A stretch of DNA of 64,000 nt from Dehalococcoidia bacterium (GTDB lineage Bacteria > Chloroflexota > Dehalococcoidia > UBA2979): assembly GCA_965226785.1 (NCBI GenBank), contig CBDDEC010000003.1, positions 899,914-963,913 of the forward strand, given 5' to 3'. A model generated the notes under the pieces. That model ran no database searches and was not told the origin of the DNA. It worked only from the letters and a program-made list of their open reading frames with translations. Numbering within the stretch: position 1 is the first letter of the stretch; each line of letters starts with the position of its first letter. A program made the position numbers and the translations under genes. Positions 29,000 to 38,820 of this stretch are shown in pieces.

Positions 29000-29830
29000 A
29001 TTGGATGGCGGAGGCGATCGGGGCCGCTTGGGTGGCTGACCAAGCGCGGCGCTCAATCGAGGTAGCGCATGACCGGTCCGCAGGCCCAACCTCCCCACTG
29101 GGTGGACCCCAACGAAACCAATCCGTCCGCCGGGCATCAGGGATACCCTCCGCGCCGCATACAACTGGGCGATCGACCGTGAGCTAGTGCGCGCCAATCC
29201 TGCCGTCCGCGCGAAGGTCGGCGAGCAGGAGACAGTCCGCGCCGTCGACACGCTCGACCAGGACGAGGTCAGATGTCTGTTACGAGCGCTTGAAGGGCAC
29301 CGGCTTTAGCAGCTGGACGCCGTCGCCGCTGCAACGGGCCTCCGACAACGTGAGATCCTCGCTCTCCGGTGGAGCGATGTTGACTTCGACGCCGGCACGA
29401 TCAAGATTCCGCGTCGCCTCAAGTGGCAAGCCGGCGGGTACTACTTCGGCAAACCGAAGTCGCTCAGAAGCCGACGGACTTGCGCGTGTCACCGCTCGTG
29501 CTGGCAGAACTGCGTAGGCAGCAGAGGGATCAGAACGTCGAGCGATTTCAGTGCGCCCACTGGTCGGCTCTTGACCTGGTCTTCGCCGGAGTGGATGGCA
29601 GACTGCTCAGGGGGACCAGCGTCACACACCACTTGAAGCGTGTCGCGGCCCGACTTGGCCTGCAGATCACGTTCCATCAGCTCAGGCACACGGGGGCCAC
29701 GCTTCTCCTCAGCGAAGGCCACGGCGCGCAGGTGGTGAGCGCGATCCGCGGACATGCGACGTCGGTACCACGATGAACGTGTACTCCCACGTCCATAGGC
29801 AGAGACGCACGGCCGCGGCCACAAGCCATG
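29000..29830 (+). pseudogene. Tyrosine integrase, frameshifted and 5'-truncated (ends approximate)
   Basis: ATGLRQREILALRWSDVDFDAGTI...KPKS in one frame; FHQLRHTGATLLL...RGHA in another; VYSHV downstream. Confidence 0.85.
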
Positions 29831-30011
29831 GGCAGTTCCTGGAGCAAGAGGCTCGTCCCGACTCCGGCGACTGAAGGGGTGCCAGCTCGGCAGAGGGCAA
29901 AGCAGCCGCTGACGACCCACCCACTGTGTCTCCCAACGATCGGCGCGGCGGGGTCTGCTCAGGCCCAGTGGCCCAACCGGAGCCCGGAGCACCGCGTTAT
30001 CTTTAGTGCAC

Positions 30012-30087
30012 GCCCCGGTAGCTCAACGGATAGAGCAGCGGCCTTCTAATCCGCAGGTTGGGGGTTCGACTCCTCCCCGGGGCGCCA
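30012..30087 (+). tRNA. tRNA-Arg(TCT)
   Basis: GCCCCGG/CCGGGGC acceptor stem, TAGCTCAACGGATAGAGC D-arm, CTTCTAA anticodon loop, GGTTCGACTCC T-arm, encoded CCA. Confidence 0.95.
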
Positions 30088-30271
30088 TCTCTAAGCCATA
30101 TCCTGCAGCGCTTTTCGACACTACGAGGTCGCAGACTGAGCCAAATCTCAGCCCTCTGTCACCAATCCGTCACCATCAGTCGCGTTCTCCTATGATCGTC
30201 CTCGAGAGAGGCACTGTCAGATCTCAGACGACCGATCACGCGGGATTAGAGGACCCCTGGACTCGACTCGT

Positions 30272-31087
30272 CTACGCGGCTCCCGCCTCGGCGATCAGCG
30301 AACGCCAGCGCATGAGGAAGAGTCGCCGCTGTTCGGCGAGCGAGACGTGAAGCTCGCCACGACGCCGAACGCGGAAGTACTGCCGCAGCTCATCGAACGC
30401 CGCACAGAAGCGTGCGGCTGATTCGAAGTTCCCGAAACCGAGCATCGGATAGTAGCGCTGTTTCACCGCTCGGTGGCTCTGCTCGGTGTAGTTGTTGAGG
30501 TACTGCGTCGTCCGATGACGCGCCTTGCGGCCGATGATCCAGCGGATCGCTCGCCGGTAGGCCGGGTGCAGATCTGTGGTGATGCGGCGAGGTCGGTCGG
30601 CCACAGCGAGCAGCCGTCGCAGGAACATCCGCGCGGCGTGCTTGTCGCGGCGCTCGCTCAGCATCGAGTCGATGAGATCGCCACGGTGATCGATCGCGCG
30701 GTAGAGGTAGCACCAGCGTCCGCCGACCTTCACGTAGGTCTCGTCGAGGTACCAGGAGACACCGGCCTGGCCGCGCCGCTTCGCGCGCAGTTGCTCGCCG
30801 ACCAGCGGTGCGAACCGGAACTCCCACTCGCGGACGGTCGCGTGCGCGACTTCGAAACCACGCTCGAGCAGCAGCTCGGTGACGTCTCGGAAGCTCAGCT
30901 TGTAGCGCAGGCGCCAGAGCACGGCGAGGAGCACTATGTCGGTCGGGTGCTGGAGATCGTTGAACGGAGTGCCGGTTCGCTCATTGAAGACACGGAGACA
31001 GGATCGGCAGGAGAACGTGCGGTAGCCGAGCGAGATCCGCCGGCGACGACGACTAGTCTGGCTCGAGCTGCAGCGCGGACACTCCAC
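30272..31087 (-). CDS. IS6-family transposase with N-terminal CxxC...CxxC zinc ribbon
   Basis: CPRC/CRSC, LRYKLSFRDV, WYLDETYVKVGGRWCYLYRAID, NNYTEQSHR. Confidence 0.94.
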   Translation of the reverse strand: MECPRCSSSQTSRRRRRISLGYRTFSCRSCLRVFNERTGTPFNDLQHPTDIVLLAVLWRLRYKLSFRDVTELLLERGFEVAHATVREWEFRFAPLVGEQLRAKRRGQAGVSWYLDETYVKVGGRWCYLYRAIDHRGDLIDSMLSERRDKHAARMFLRRLLAVADRPRRITTDLHPAYRRAIRWIIGRKARHRTTQYLNNYTEQSHRAVKQRYYPMLGFGNFESAARFCAAFDELRQYFRVRRRGELHVSLAEQRRLFLMRWRSLIAEAGAA

Positions 31088-31171
31088 TGGAAATCCTCTC
31101 CCGGAACGTCGATCGTCGCGACGCTAGCAGGAGCCTTGTGGTCTGAGATCTGACAGGGATGATCGGTACGA

Positions 31172-31387
31172 CGCCCAGCCACCACTAGGCGGCGAGCGTT
31201 TACGGTGCCGGGTGGGCTCCCGGGCTCGGTCTGACCCCAGATTCTGACTGGCGCTTCGGCTGCTCTCGCTCTGATCTGTCGGCCGCGCCTCCGAGTCCAT
31301 CTGGCACGCACCGGTCGGGCGAACGTGACCTCATAGGAGCCTGCCTTGGCGGCTCGTCCCTGTCCTGTCCGCCGTCCCGGCACGTGC
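31172..31387 (+). ncRNA. Predicted IS110 bridge RNA, copy 2 (ends approximate)
   Basis: Same guide segments at 31243-31248, 31268-31275, 31333-31340 and 31354-31364. Confidence 0.8.
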
Positions 31388-31424
31388 GGCCACCCTGCAC
31401 AGATTGTTCGATGAAGGGATGACG

Positions 31425-32477
31425 ATGACCACCATGACAGATGCGACCACGCGCGTCACCGCCGGGGTCGACACGCACCGCGACCAGCACGTGGTCGCCG
31501 CGCTCGATGAGCGGGGCGGCGAGCTCGGGGTGCGGTCGTTCGCGACGACCACGGCCGGCTACCGACAGGCGCTCGCCTGGCTCCGCAGCCTTGGTCCGGT
31601 CGAGCGCATCGGCGTCGAAGGGACGGACACCTACGGCGCTGGCCTGACCCGCTACCTGCTCGCCGAGGCGGTGGCGGTGGTGGAGGTGAATCGCCCCAAC
31701 CGCCAGCTGCGACGCCGCCACGGTAAGTCCGACCCCGTCGACGCCATCGCCGCCGCTCGCGCTGCGCAGTCAGGGGAGGCCTCGGGTGAGGCGAAGACCC
31801 GCAGCGGTGCCGTGGAGGCGATCCGCGCGCTGCGCACGGCTCGCCGCTCGGCCGGGCATGCACGCACGACGGCCCTCAACCAGATGCGCGCCCTGCTCGT
31901 GAGTGGACCGGACGACCTCCGGGCCGCACTGCGGGGCAGCACTGTGTTCGAGCTGGTGACGACCGCGGCGCGGCTGCGCCCCGCCGACCCCACGACCGCC
32001 GTCGGCGCCACCAAGCTGGCCCTGCGTGAGCTGGCTCGACGGGTGCAGCGCCTCGAGGCAGAGCGCCGCCGCCTCGACACCGTGCTCGAGCAGCTGGTCG
32101 CCACCACCGCACCCGCCCTGGTGGCCTGCTTCGGCGTGGGCACCGACACGGCCGGCGCTCTGCTCGTCTCCGCCGGCGACAACCCGCAACGCCTCCGCAG
32201 CGAGGCGGCGTTCGCCCATCACTGCGGCGTCGCTCCGATCGACGCCTCGTCGGGGCTGACCATCCGCAAACGACTCAACCGCGGTGGCGACCGCACCGCG
32301 AATCAAGCGCTCTGGCGAATCGTCATGGTCCGCATGGTCCACGACCCCCGCACCCGCCGCTACGTCGAGCGGCGCACGCGCGAGGGCCGTTCCAAGCGCG
32401 AGATCATCCGCTCGCTCAAGCGCTACGTCGCACGGCAGCTCTATCGCTACCTCCCGCGACCCGAATCGCTCGCTTGA
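31425..32477 (+). CDS. IS110-family DEDD recombinase/transposase, copy 2
   Basis: Same motifs as copy 1, with EGTDTYG in place of EGTGTYG. Confidence 0.94.
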   Translation: MTTMTDATTRVTAGVDTHRDQHVVAALDERGGELGVRSFATTTAGYRQALAWLRSLGPVERIGVEGTDTYGAGLTRYLLAEAVAVVEVNRPNRQLRRRHGKSDPVDAIAAARAAQSGEASGEAKTRSGAVEAIRALRTARRSAGHARTTALNQMRALLVSGPDDLRAALRGSTVFELVTTAARLRPADPTTAVGATKLALRELARRVQRLEAERRRLDTVLEQLVATTAPALVACFGVGTDTAGALLVSAGDNPQRLRSEAAFAHHCGVAPIDASSGLTIRKRLNRGGDRTANQALWRIVMVRMVHDPRTRRYVERRTREGRSKREIIRSLKRYVARQLYRYLPRPESLA

Positions 32478-32645
32478 CAGGCGATAGGAGCATCAGAGCC
32501 CCGATGAAGACCCCCACCGCGTTCCCATCGAGGGGTCGCCTGGCAACCCGTACCCCCACCCTGGCGGTGTCTACGTGCGAGGGCGGATGGGGAGAGCAGC
32601 CGCGGATTCTTGTTCTGGTCGTCCTGACCGCCTGCGGTGGCGCTG

Positions 32646-33659
32646 CTACTCCTGAAGAAGCGTCACCGACCTTCTGGGAGGGGCGAACTGGTGAGGTTCC
32701 AGGCGGATCGCCTCTTTCTGGTAGACCTGAACTCGGTACGAGCCGGTGTCGGCGATGAAGAGATGGCCATCAGCGTCGAGGGCGATCGACCTCGGCTGGC
32801 GGAGGAACTTTTGCGGCTCCAGGACGGCCATGTCTCTCATGCGATTCGGACTAGCGTTCGTCAGCATGTATTCGCGACCGATCTTCGACAGCGTGGCGGC
32901 CCCGAGAAACTGCTCAACATATCTGGCCTCGGAGTCGAAGAGTTGGACACGGTTGTTCCCTCGGTCGCAGACGTAGACGTCACCGTCGAGGTCGACTGCC
33001 ACATCGGTCGGGCGGTCGAACTCACCGTTGCCGCTGCCTGACTTGCCGAACTGCAGGATGAACTCACCTTCCGCGGTGAATCTCTGAACGCGGTCGTTGC
33101 GCCAATCCGCCACGTAGACATCGCCAAGCTCGTCGACCGTGATGCCCCAAGGCATGTCGAACTCGCCCTCGCCATCGCCGTGTCTGCCCCAACCGAGGAT
33201 GAACCGGCCCTCCTTCGTGAACTTCTGGACGCGATGGTTCATTGAGTCGACCACCAACACGTTTTCGTCCGCATCGAGGACCAGCCCCGCGGGGCGATTC
33301 AGCTGGCCTTCGCCGGAGCCTGACTCGCCGAAACAGGCCAGGAATTCACCCTCGCGGTCGAACGAAGAGATCCTGTCGAGCGCCTCGTCCGAGATGTACA
33401 CGTTCTCCTCGGCGTCCGCGATGATCGAGACAGGCCACTGGAACTTGCCCTCCTCGTCACCGATCTCGCCGAAGTTTCCGCGATCCTCATCGTCGAACGA
33501 GTACTTCCGTACCAGCGCTGTGCCCTCCTGGCGGCACAAGATGTACATCCGCCCTTCGCCGCCGAGGGCGATGTCGACGGGGAAGTTGGTCAACCTGCGC
33601 ATTCCGAGCGTCTTGAGATATGGGAACCCTGCTCGAAGCAGTCCGTACGGTCTGGCCAT
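32646..33659 (-). CDS. NHL-repeat beta-propeller protein
   Basis: NHL repeats; LLRAGFPY..T.GMRR N-terminus shared with 11304-12341. Confidence 0.9.
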   Translation of the reverse strand: MARPYGLLRAGFPYLKTLGMRRLTNFPVDIALGGEGRMYILCRQEGTALVRKYSFDDEDRGNFGEIGDEEGKFQWPVSIIADAEENVYISDEALDRISSFDREGEFLACFGESGSGEGQLNRPAGLVLDADENVLVVDSMNHRVQKFTKEGRFILGWGRHGDGEGEFDMPWGITVDELGDVYVADWRNDRVQRFTAEGEFILQFGKSGSGNGEFDRPTDVAVDLDGDVYVCDRGNNRVQLFDSEARYVEQFLGAATLSKIGREYMLTNASPNRMRDMAVLEPQKFLRQPRSIALDADGHLFIADTGSYRVQVYQKEAIRLEPHQFAPPRRSVTLLQE

Positions 33660-33720
33660 CAGAGTCTCTCCAGCGTTGCGAGTAATACCTCAAAGTTCTC
33701 CGGGTCCTGCGGATTCCAAC

Positions 33721-34875
33721 CTATGCAACCTTGAATGGCTGCAACTGCTCGTAGTGTCCGCCGACGATGTCGACTGAGTCGACGCTCATCCACTGCTCGA
33801 GCAGCGTCGCGTAGATTCCGCGGAAGTCGATCGTGTGCGCCAGGTCTTCACCGTTCGCAAATGTCGCCGGGTCCAGCGATGGGTACTCGGCGAACAAGCC
33901 GCCCTCGACCCGATCGCCGATGATGAACGCGCCTCCGCCCGTACCGTGGTCGGTACCGCTCCCGTTGTCCTGAACCCTGCGGCCGAACTCGGTGAAGACG
34001 TAGACGACGACTTCCTCAGCTGCGTCGTGATCGCGCAGGTCGGCCATGAAGTCCCGCAACGCACCGGATAGCTCGGCCAGCAGCTTTTCATGGGCCGGCA
34101 TCTCCACCGCATGGTGGTCGTAGCCGGCGTGCTGCACGTAGAAGACACGAGTGCCGAGTCCGGCGATGTGCGTCCTCGCAACATCGCGCAGGCTCTTCGC
34201 GATCGGGTTGTCCGCGTACTCAACCGTCGACTCGTAGCCTCCCGGCACTGTCTGCAGTTGGTCGATCCCTGACAGCACGTCATCGCCGGTCTGTCGCAGG
34301 TAACTCATCGCCGCATCGGTACCAATGGCGGGCGTATAGCAGCGACGGAAGATGTCGAGTTCCTCGGCACGCCGCTCCTGGACCTCGACCGATGTCATGA
34401 GGCCGTAGCTGTCGAGGTCGCCGACCGAGGTCACCCTCACGCCCGGAGCGGCCATCGCTCGCGGGAGGCCGCGACCGAAGCTGACTCCGGTGAGCACGTT
34501 CTCGCCGTCCGGGTCTAGCTGCTTGATTGCCTGCGCCAGCCAACCCTCCGTCGAGATCTTGAGCGGCTCGGCCGTGTGCATGATGTCCATCGCTCGGAAG
34601 TGCGACCGGATCGAATTCTCGTATCCGATGCCCTGGACGATCGCGACATCGCCCGCGTCGAACATCTCCTTCAATGCGGCTGCTGACGGGTGGAAGCCCA
34701 ACTCGTCATTGATCTTTAGAACACGCTCCTGGTCGATACGTACGGTTTTCCGGTAGTCGTAGTAGCGCCCGGACGTGTACGGGACCAACGTGTTCATGAA
34801 GTCGTTGCCACCAGTCATCTGAAGGACGACCAGGACCGGGTCCTTACCCTCTACGCCATTTCCGTGAGTCGTCAT
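33721..34875 (-). CDS. DUF1501 family protein (no Tat signal)
   Basis: LVVLQMTGGNDFMNT, RSHFRAMDI, FTEFGRR...DNGSGTDHG. Confidence 0.9.
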   Translation of the reverse strand: MTTHGNGVEGKDPVLVVLQMTGGNDFMNTLVPYTSGRYYDYRKTVRIDQERVLKINDELGFHPSAAALKEMFDAGDVAIVQGIGYENSIRSHFRAMDIMHTAEPLKISTEGWLAQAIKQLDPDGENVLTGVSFGRGLPRAMAAPGVRVTSVGDLDSYGLMTSVEVQERRAEELDIFRRCYTPAIGTDAAMSYLRQTGDDVLSGIDQLQTVPGGYESTVEYADNPIAKSLRDVARTHIAGLGTRVFYVQHAGYDHHAVEMPAHEKLLAELSGALRDFMADLRDHDAAEEVVVYVFTEFGRRVQDNGSGTDHGTGGGAFIIGDRVEGGLFAEYPSLDPATFANGEDLAHTIDFRGIYATLLEQWMSVDSVDIVGGHYEQLQPFKVA

Positions 34876-34900
34876 GGGGCGTCTCCTAAGCAGCGCCAAG

Positions 34901-36286
34901 CTAGGCGAACTGGTAGTCGGGCGTTGCAACCACGAGGCGGAGCATCCGGATGATTCGTGAGCGATCGTCCTCGCCCGAGGAATCCGCCGCGAATCGAGTG
35001 AGCGCGTCCTGCGTATGCGCATCGACCTCGATCGGCCCCATCGCTTCGAGCGCGCGCTCGACGAACGATTCGGGTGTCGAGACCGAGTCGCTCTCGACCA
35101 ATCGCTCGACGATGCGTTGGACGCCGGGGGATGAGCCGTCGCCAATCTCACCTACGGCGAAGTTGACGCGCTCGGTCAAGTTGCCGCCGTCGATCCACTC
35201 CTTGCCGGTGTGCCAGCCCTCCACCGTCGGCGGGTCGAGCAACTTCTGGCCCATCGTGACTGTTGTCGATTGGACGTACTGCGCGAGGCCGGGCCGGAAG
35301 TCATCGAAGTTGCCAACCATCTTCAGGACACCGACGACGAGCTCAATCGGGCTTTTCACCTTCTTGAAGCGGGCTCGCCTGAACGATTCGGAATTGAACA
35401 TGACCCTTGGCACGGCTTTGAGCTCGCCATCCGAGTCAAGGAAGGCCTTCGACATGGCGTCTATCAGTTCAGAGTCCTGCGGAGGCAGGTCGTTCCAGGT
35501 CGGCACCTGAGGTTCGTCCGCGACGAAGAAACTGTAGAGGTGGCGAGAGATGAACCTCGCGCAGGCGGGCTGCTGGACGATGATGTCGATGACGTCGCCG
35601 CCGTCGAGGTTGCCGGTGTGGTCGAGGAACGTCTTCTCGCCATCGTCGTGATCTTCCGGGTCGAAACGGAACTCGGCTGGGTAGTAGCCATGCGGATAGA
35701 GCGGGGGCGGCTGGGCGAACGTCCACCCGGTGAACGCCCGAGCGGCGTTCTTAATGTCGATTTCGGTGTAGTTACCCACGCCGAGCGAGAACAGCTCAAG
35801 TAGCTCCCGGCCGAAGTTCTCGTTGGGCTCGCCATCGTGGTTTTCGTTGTTGTCCAGCCAGAAAATCATGGCTGGATCACGAGAGAGATCGAGGAGGATC
35901 GTCTTCATGTCGGAGAGGCCGTTGCGCCGGAATATCTCGATCTGGTTGGACGCCGCCAGGATGTGCTCGTTCTTGGTCAGACCGGTCGCGAAGACCTGGT
36001 GCCAGAACAACGCCATCTTCTCCTGCAGCTGACACTCGGAGTTGATCATTCGGAAGAGCCAGGTCGCGAGGTAGGCGGGCGGTTGCTCGCCCCCCATGTA
36101 CCGGGCCATCTGGTCCTCGTTCACGCCGGTCTCGGACGTGGGGTTCAACAGGAACTCGACGGTGTCTTCGTACTCCTGCGCTCCTAGTCGATCGAGCTGC
36201 TCTCTTGTAGCTCCGAATCCGGCTCGTCGATAGAGATGCGCCAGGAGCGCCGGATCAGTCTTCACCCCGGTCGCAATGGTGCTCAT
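34901..36286 (-). CDS. DUF1800 family protein
   Basis: HLYRRAGFGAT, KMALFWHQVFAT, NENFGRELLELFSLG, PPTVEGW. Confidence 0.9.
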   Translation of the reverse strand: MSTIATGVKTDPALLAHLYRRAGFGATREQLDRLGAQEYEDTVEFLLNPTSETGVNEDQMARYMGGEQPPAYLATWLFRMINSECQLQEKMALFWHQVFATGLTKNEHILAASNQIEIFRRNGLSDMKTILLDLSRDPAMIFWLDNNENHDGEPNENFGRELLELFSLGVGNYTEIDIKNAARAFTGWTFAQPPPLYPHGYYPAEFRFDPEDHDDGEKTFLDHTGNLDGGDVIDIIVQQPACARFISRHLYSFFVADEPQVPTWNDLPPQDSELIDAMSKAFLDSDGELKAVPRVMFNSESFRRARFKKVKSPIELVVGVLKMVGNFDDFRPGLAQYVQSTTVTMGQKLLDPPTVEGWHTGKEWIDGGNLTERVNFAVGEIGDGSSPGVQRIVERLVESDSVSTPESFVERALEAMGPIEVDAHTQDALTRFAADSSGEDDRSRIIRMLRLVVATPDYQFA

Positions 36287-36553
36287 GTTCCTTGTGACCT
36301 CTCGGGCAATCCTACTCCCGTGAGTCCACGGGAGGCGCAGGGCGTTCTATCGCTCCTACGCGAGCCCGATGAGCCCACCCCACTTCAATCGACCGCCGCC
36401 GGGAAGGGGTGCTCGGGCGCGAGCGGCTGCAGGGAGCGACAGGCGTCCTCGCGTCCGGGGTCGGCGACGCTCACGATCCCCACGTGCACCGCTGCCGGGA
36501 AGGCCTCTCGCTCGACTTCGGCGTGCGCAGTGGCATCGCGTCCCCCTCCAGGC

Positions 36554-36925
36554 TCAGGCCACGATCCCGGCGTCACGCAGCTCCGCGATCTCCTCGTCGC
36601 CGAGCGCGAGGTCGCCGCGCAGCACCTCGTCGCAGTGCTCGCCCATCAGTGGCGCACGCTCGATCGAGACGTCACTCGCGGACATGCGAGGCGCCCAGCC
36701 GAGCAGCTTGATCTCGCCGTGCGCAGGATGGTCGAGCGTGTGCACGAAGCCACGCTCGTTCAGGTGCTGGTCGTGGAACAGGTCGTAGGTATCGAAGTTG
36801 GCGGAGCAGGGGACGCCGGCCTCGCCGAGGATCTGCATCACCTCCCACTTCGTGTGCAGCAGCGTCCAATCCTCGATGATCGCGCGCAGTTCCGGCGAGT
36901 GATCGCGACGCTGCTGGTCGGTCGC
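36554..36925 (-). pseudogene. Family III CoA-transferase, C-terminal fragment
   Basis: LGEAGVPCS...DQHLNERGFV...HPAHG...APLMGEH...LRDAGIV; no N-terminus. Confidence 0.75.
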
Positions 36926-37117
36926 GCACCGTGGGAGCGCGTTCGGGCGCGGCATGCGAGGGGGGTGACGCGGCCACCGCCCCGCCCTTGCGCGCAGCAC
37001 GGGCTGCTCGCTTCGCCTCCGGCTTCGCGGCTTTGTCGCGCTGGCGCTGCGACCGTTCGAACGAGAAATTTGATCGACGGGCCACAGGATTCCCTTCGGT
37101 GAGCCTGAACATTGAGG

Positions 37118-37162
37118 TGGTAGCAGGGGTCGGATTTGAACCGACGACCGACGGCTTATGAG
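37118..37162 (-). repeat. 3' half of a CAT-anticodon tRNA (Met/Ile2), putative att remnant
   Basis: Minus strand reads CTCATAAGCCGTCGGTCGTCGGTTCAAATCCGACCCCTGCTACCA; upstream sequence forms no D-arm or anticodon stem. Confidence 0.8.
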
Positions 37163-37645
37163 TTAGACGGTAGGTGTGGGGGTTTCGCGCGTTTCGCGCG
37201 GACCTCGGGCTGGGGCGCAACGAGTAGACATAAGTGGATCCCCCATGCTCCTTCGCATATCGTCTGGATCGCGTGGAGTTGGTCCTGAACCATGACGCGC
37301 TCAGGCTACGCTGACACTTTGGAGATAAAACGAGGCGTTACAGCGGTCGAGCCTTCATCCTCTTGCATTGCCCATGGGCTATAACAGTCAAGCTTCATCG
37401 ACTCGCGAATCGCCCGATGCGACTAGATCCGGGCGCGTCATGTCGCGCAAGCGACGAGTTCAACGGTCGCGAGGTGAAGCACACCGTGGACGGCATGATG
37501 ACCGCCTTTGGTTCCGCCGCCGACGGCCGGACGGGGTGCCTCTCCCCGCCCGAGGGCACGCGGCCAGCTGCCTGGGCGCCTCGGGTACTCTATCCAAGCG
37601 CACGGAAACGCAGCGACTGCGACCAACAAACTCGAGGAGACCATC

Positions 37646-38497
37646 ATGAGTGAAAAGCGAGGGCGACTGGCCGGCAAGGTCGCGATTGTCACAGGCGGCA
37701 ACAGCGGCATAGGTGCCGCCACCGTGGAGCTGTTTGTAGCGGAAGGGGCGCGGGTCGTCATCGCCGCCCGTGGCGAAGAGCTGGGCCAGGCTCTGGCAGA
37801 TCGGCTCGGCGAAAACGCGCTGTTCGTGCGTGCCGATGTGGCGGTCGAAGCGGATGTCGCTGCGCTGTTCGACGCGACCATGGCGAAGTGGGGGCGGGTG
37901 GACGCGCTGTTCAACAATGCCGGCATCGGGCAGGCATACATCTCCCCGGAAGAGTTCACTATTGAGGACTTCGATCGGATCATGATGACCAACCTCGGCT
38001 CCTGTTTTCTCGGCCTCAAGTACGCGGCGCCGATCATGAAGAAACAGGGCAGCGGTAGCATCATCAACAACGGCAGCACCGCCGGGGTGACCACCGACGG
38101 ATCAGGCCCCCTGTATGCGGCCAGCAAGGCGGCCGTCATCCAGATGACCAAGGTGTGGGCCACGCAGTTGGCCGAGTTCGCGGTGCGCGTTAACTGCATC
38201 TCGCCGGGGTCGATCGTGACGCCGATCTTCTGGGGGGGATACCAGACGCAATCGGCCGAAGAGAACGAACTCCGTACCCAGCGGCTCAGCAAGTACTTCG
38301 AAGAGGCTCTGCCGCTCAACCGGGCAGGGGCGCCGGAGGACATTGCCTACGGCGCGCTCTACCTGGCGAGCGACGAGAGTCGCCACACCACTGGCCACAA
38401 TCTGATGATCGATGCCGGGAACACTGTCAGAATGGCCGCCTCATCGGACCTGATCGAAAAACGCAGAGTGAGGAACGAGCACATCCGCGCCGAGTGA
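37646..38497 (+). CDS. Short-chain dehydrogenase/reductase (SDR)
   Basis: TGGNSGIG, NNAG, YAASK, VRVNCISPG; GAGGAG RBS. Confidence 0.93.
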   Translation: MSEKRGRLAGKVAIVTGGNSGIGAATVELFVAEGARVVIAARGEELGQALADRLGENALFVRADVAVEADVAALFDATMAKWGRVDALFNNAGIGQAYISPEEFTIEDFDRIMMTNLGSCFLGLKYAAPIMKKQGSGSIINNGSTAGVTTDGSGPLYAASKAAVIQMTKVWATQLAEFAVRVNCISPGSIVTPIFWGGYQTQSAEENELRTQRLSKYFEEALPLNRAGAPEDIAYGALYLASDESRHTTGHNLMIDAGNTVRMAASSDLIEKRRVRNEHIRAE

Positions 38498-38820
38498 TCT
38501 AAAGCGTTCCTGCTCTCGAGCGGCGCGAGCGCGTCGAGTGCTCGGATGGCCCAGACGGGCCGGCGTGCGCGGACCCGGATGTGAACCGAGTTGCCCGCAC
38601 CGACCGCCGTGACCACCGCAATCCAGACCGGGATCACGACGATGCCGATTTCAAGGTGGAGCTGCCGGTTCGTCCCGCTACGGCTGACGAGAGCAGGACG
38701 CCAGAGGATTGACTGCCTGCCCGCCGAACGGCACGACGGCGCGGACATCGCGTAAGCTCAGGGCGCCCGGACGCGAACGACCGGAGCGTCTGCCGGGATT
38801 CGACCTGCAGGAGAACCGCG

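Larger units (their letters stand above)
24494..30047. mobile_element. Decayed integrative element at tRNA-Arg(TCT)
   Basis: Bounded by the tRNA 5'-half direct repeat; integrase pseudogene next to the intact tRNA. Confidence 0.72.
31157..32496 (+). mobile_element. IS110-family insertion sequence, copy 2
   Basis: Near-identical to 645-1984 at a constant offset of 30512; CAG at 31154-31156 and 32494-32496. Confidence 0.92.
30210..32500 (-). mobile_element. IS6-family element with IS110 nested in its upstream IR
   Basis: IR GGCACTGTCAGATCTCAGAC at 30210-30229; opposite IR split into 31141-31156 and 32497-32500. Confidence 0.88.

Noticed and set aside
1..32500. Composite transposon formed by the two IS6/IS110 units
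   Set aside because: The IS6 copies are diverged, are invaded at different ends, and no shared target duplication is visible (TCGAGAGA, CCGATGAA, CACTCGCG).
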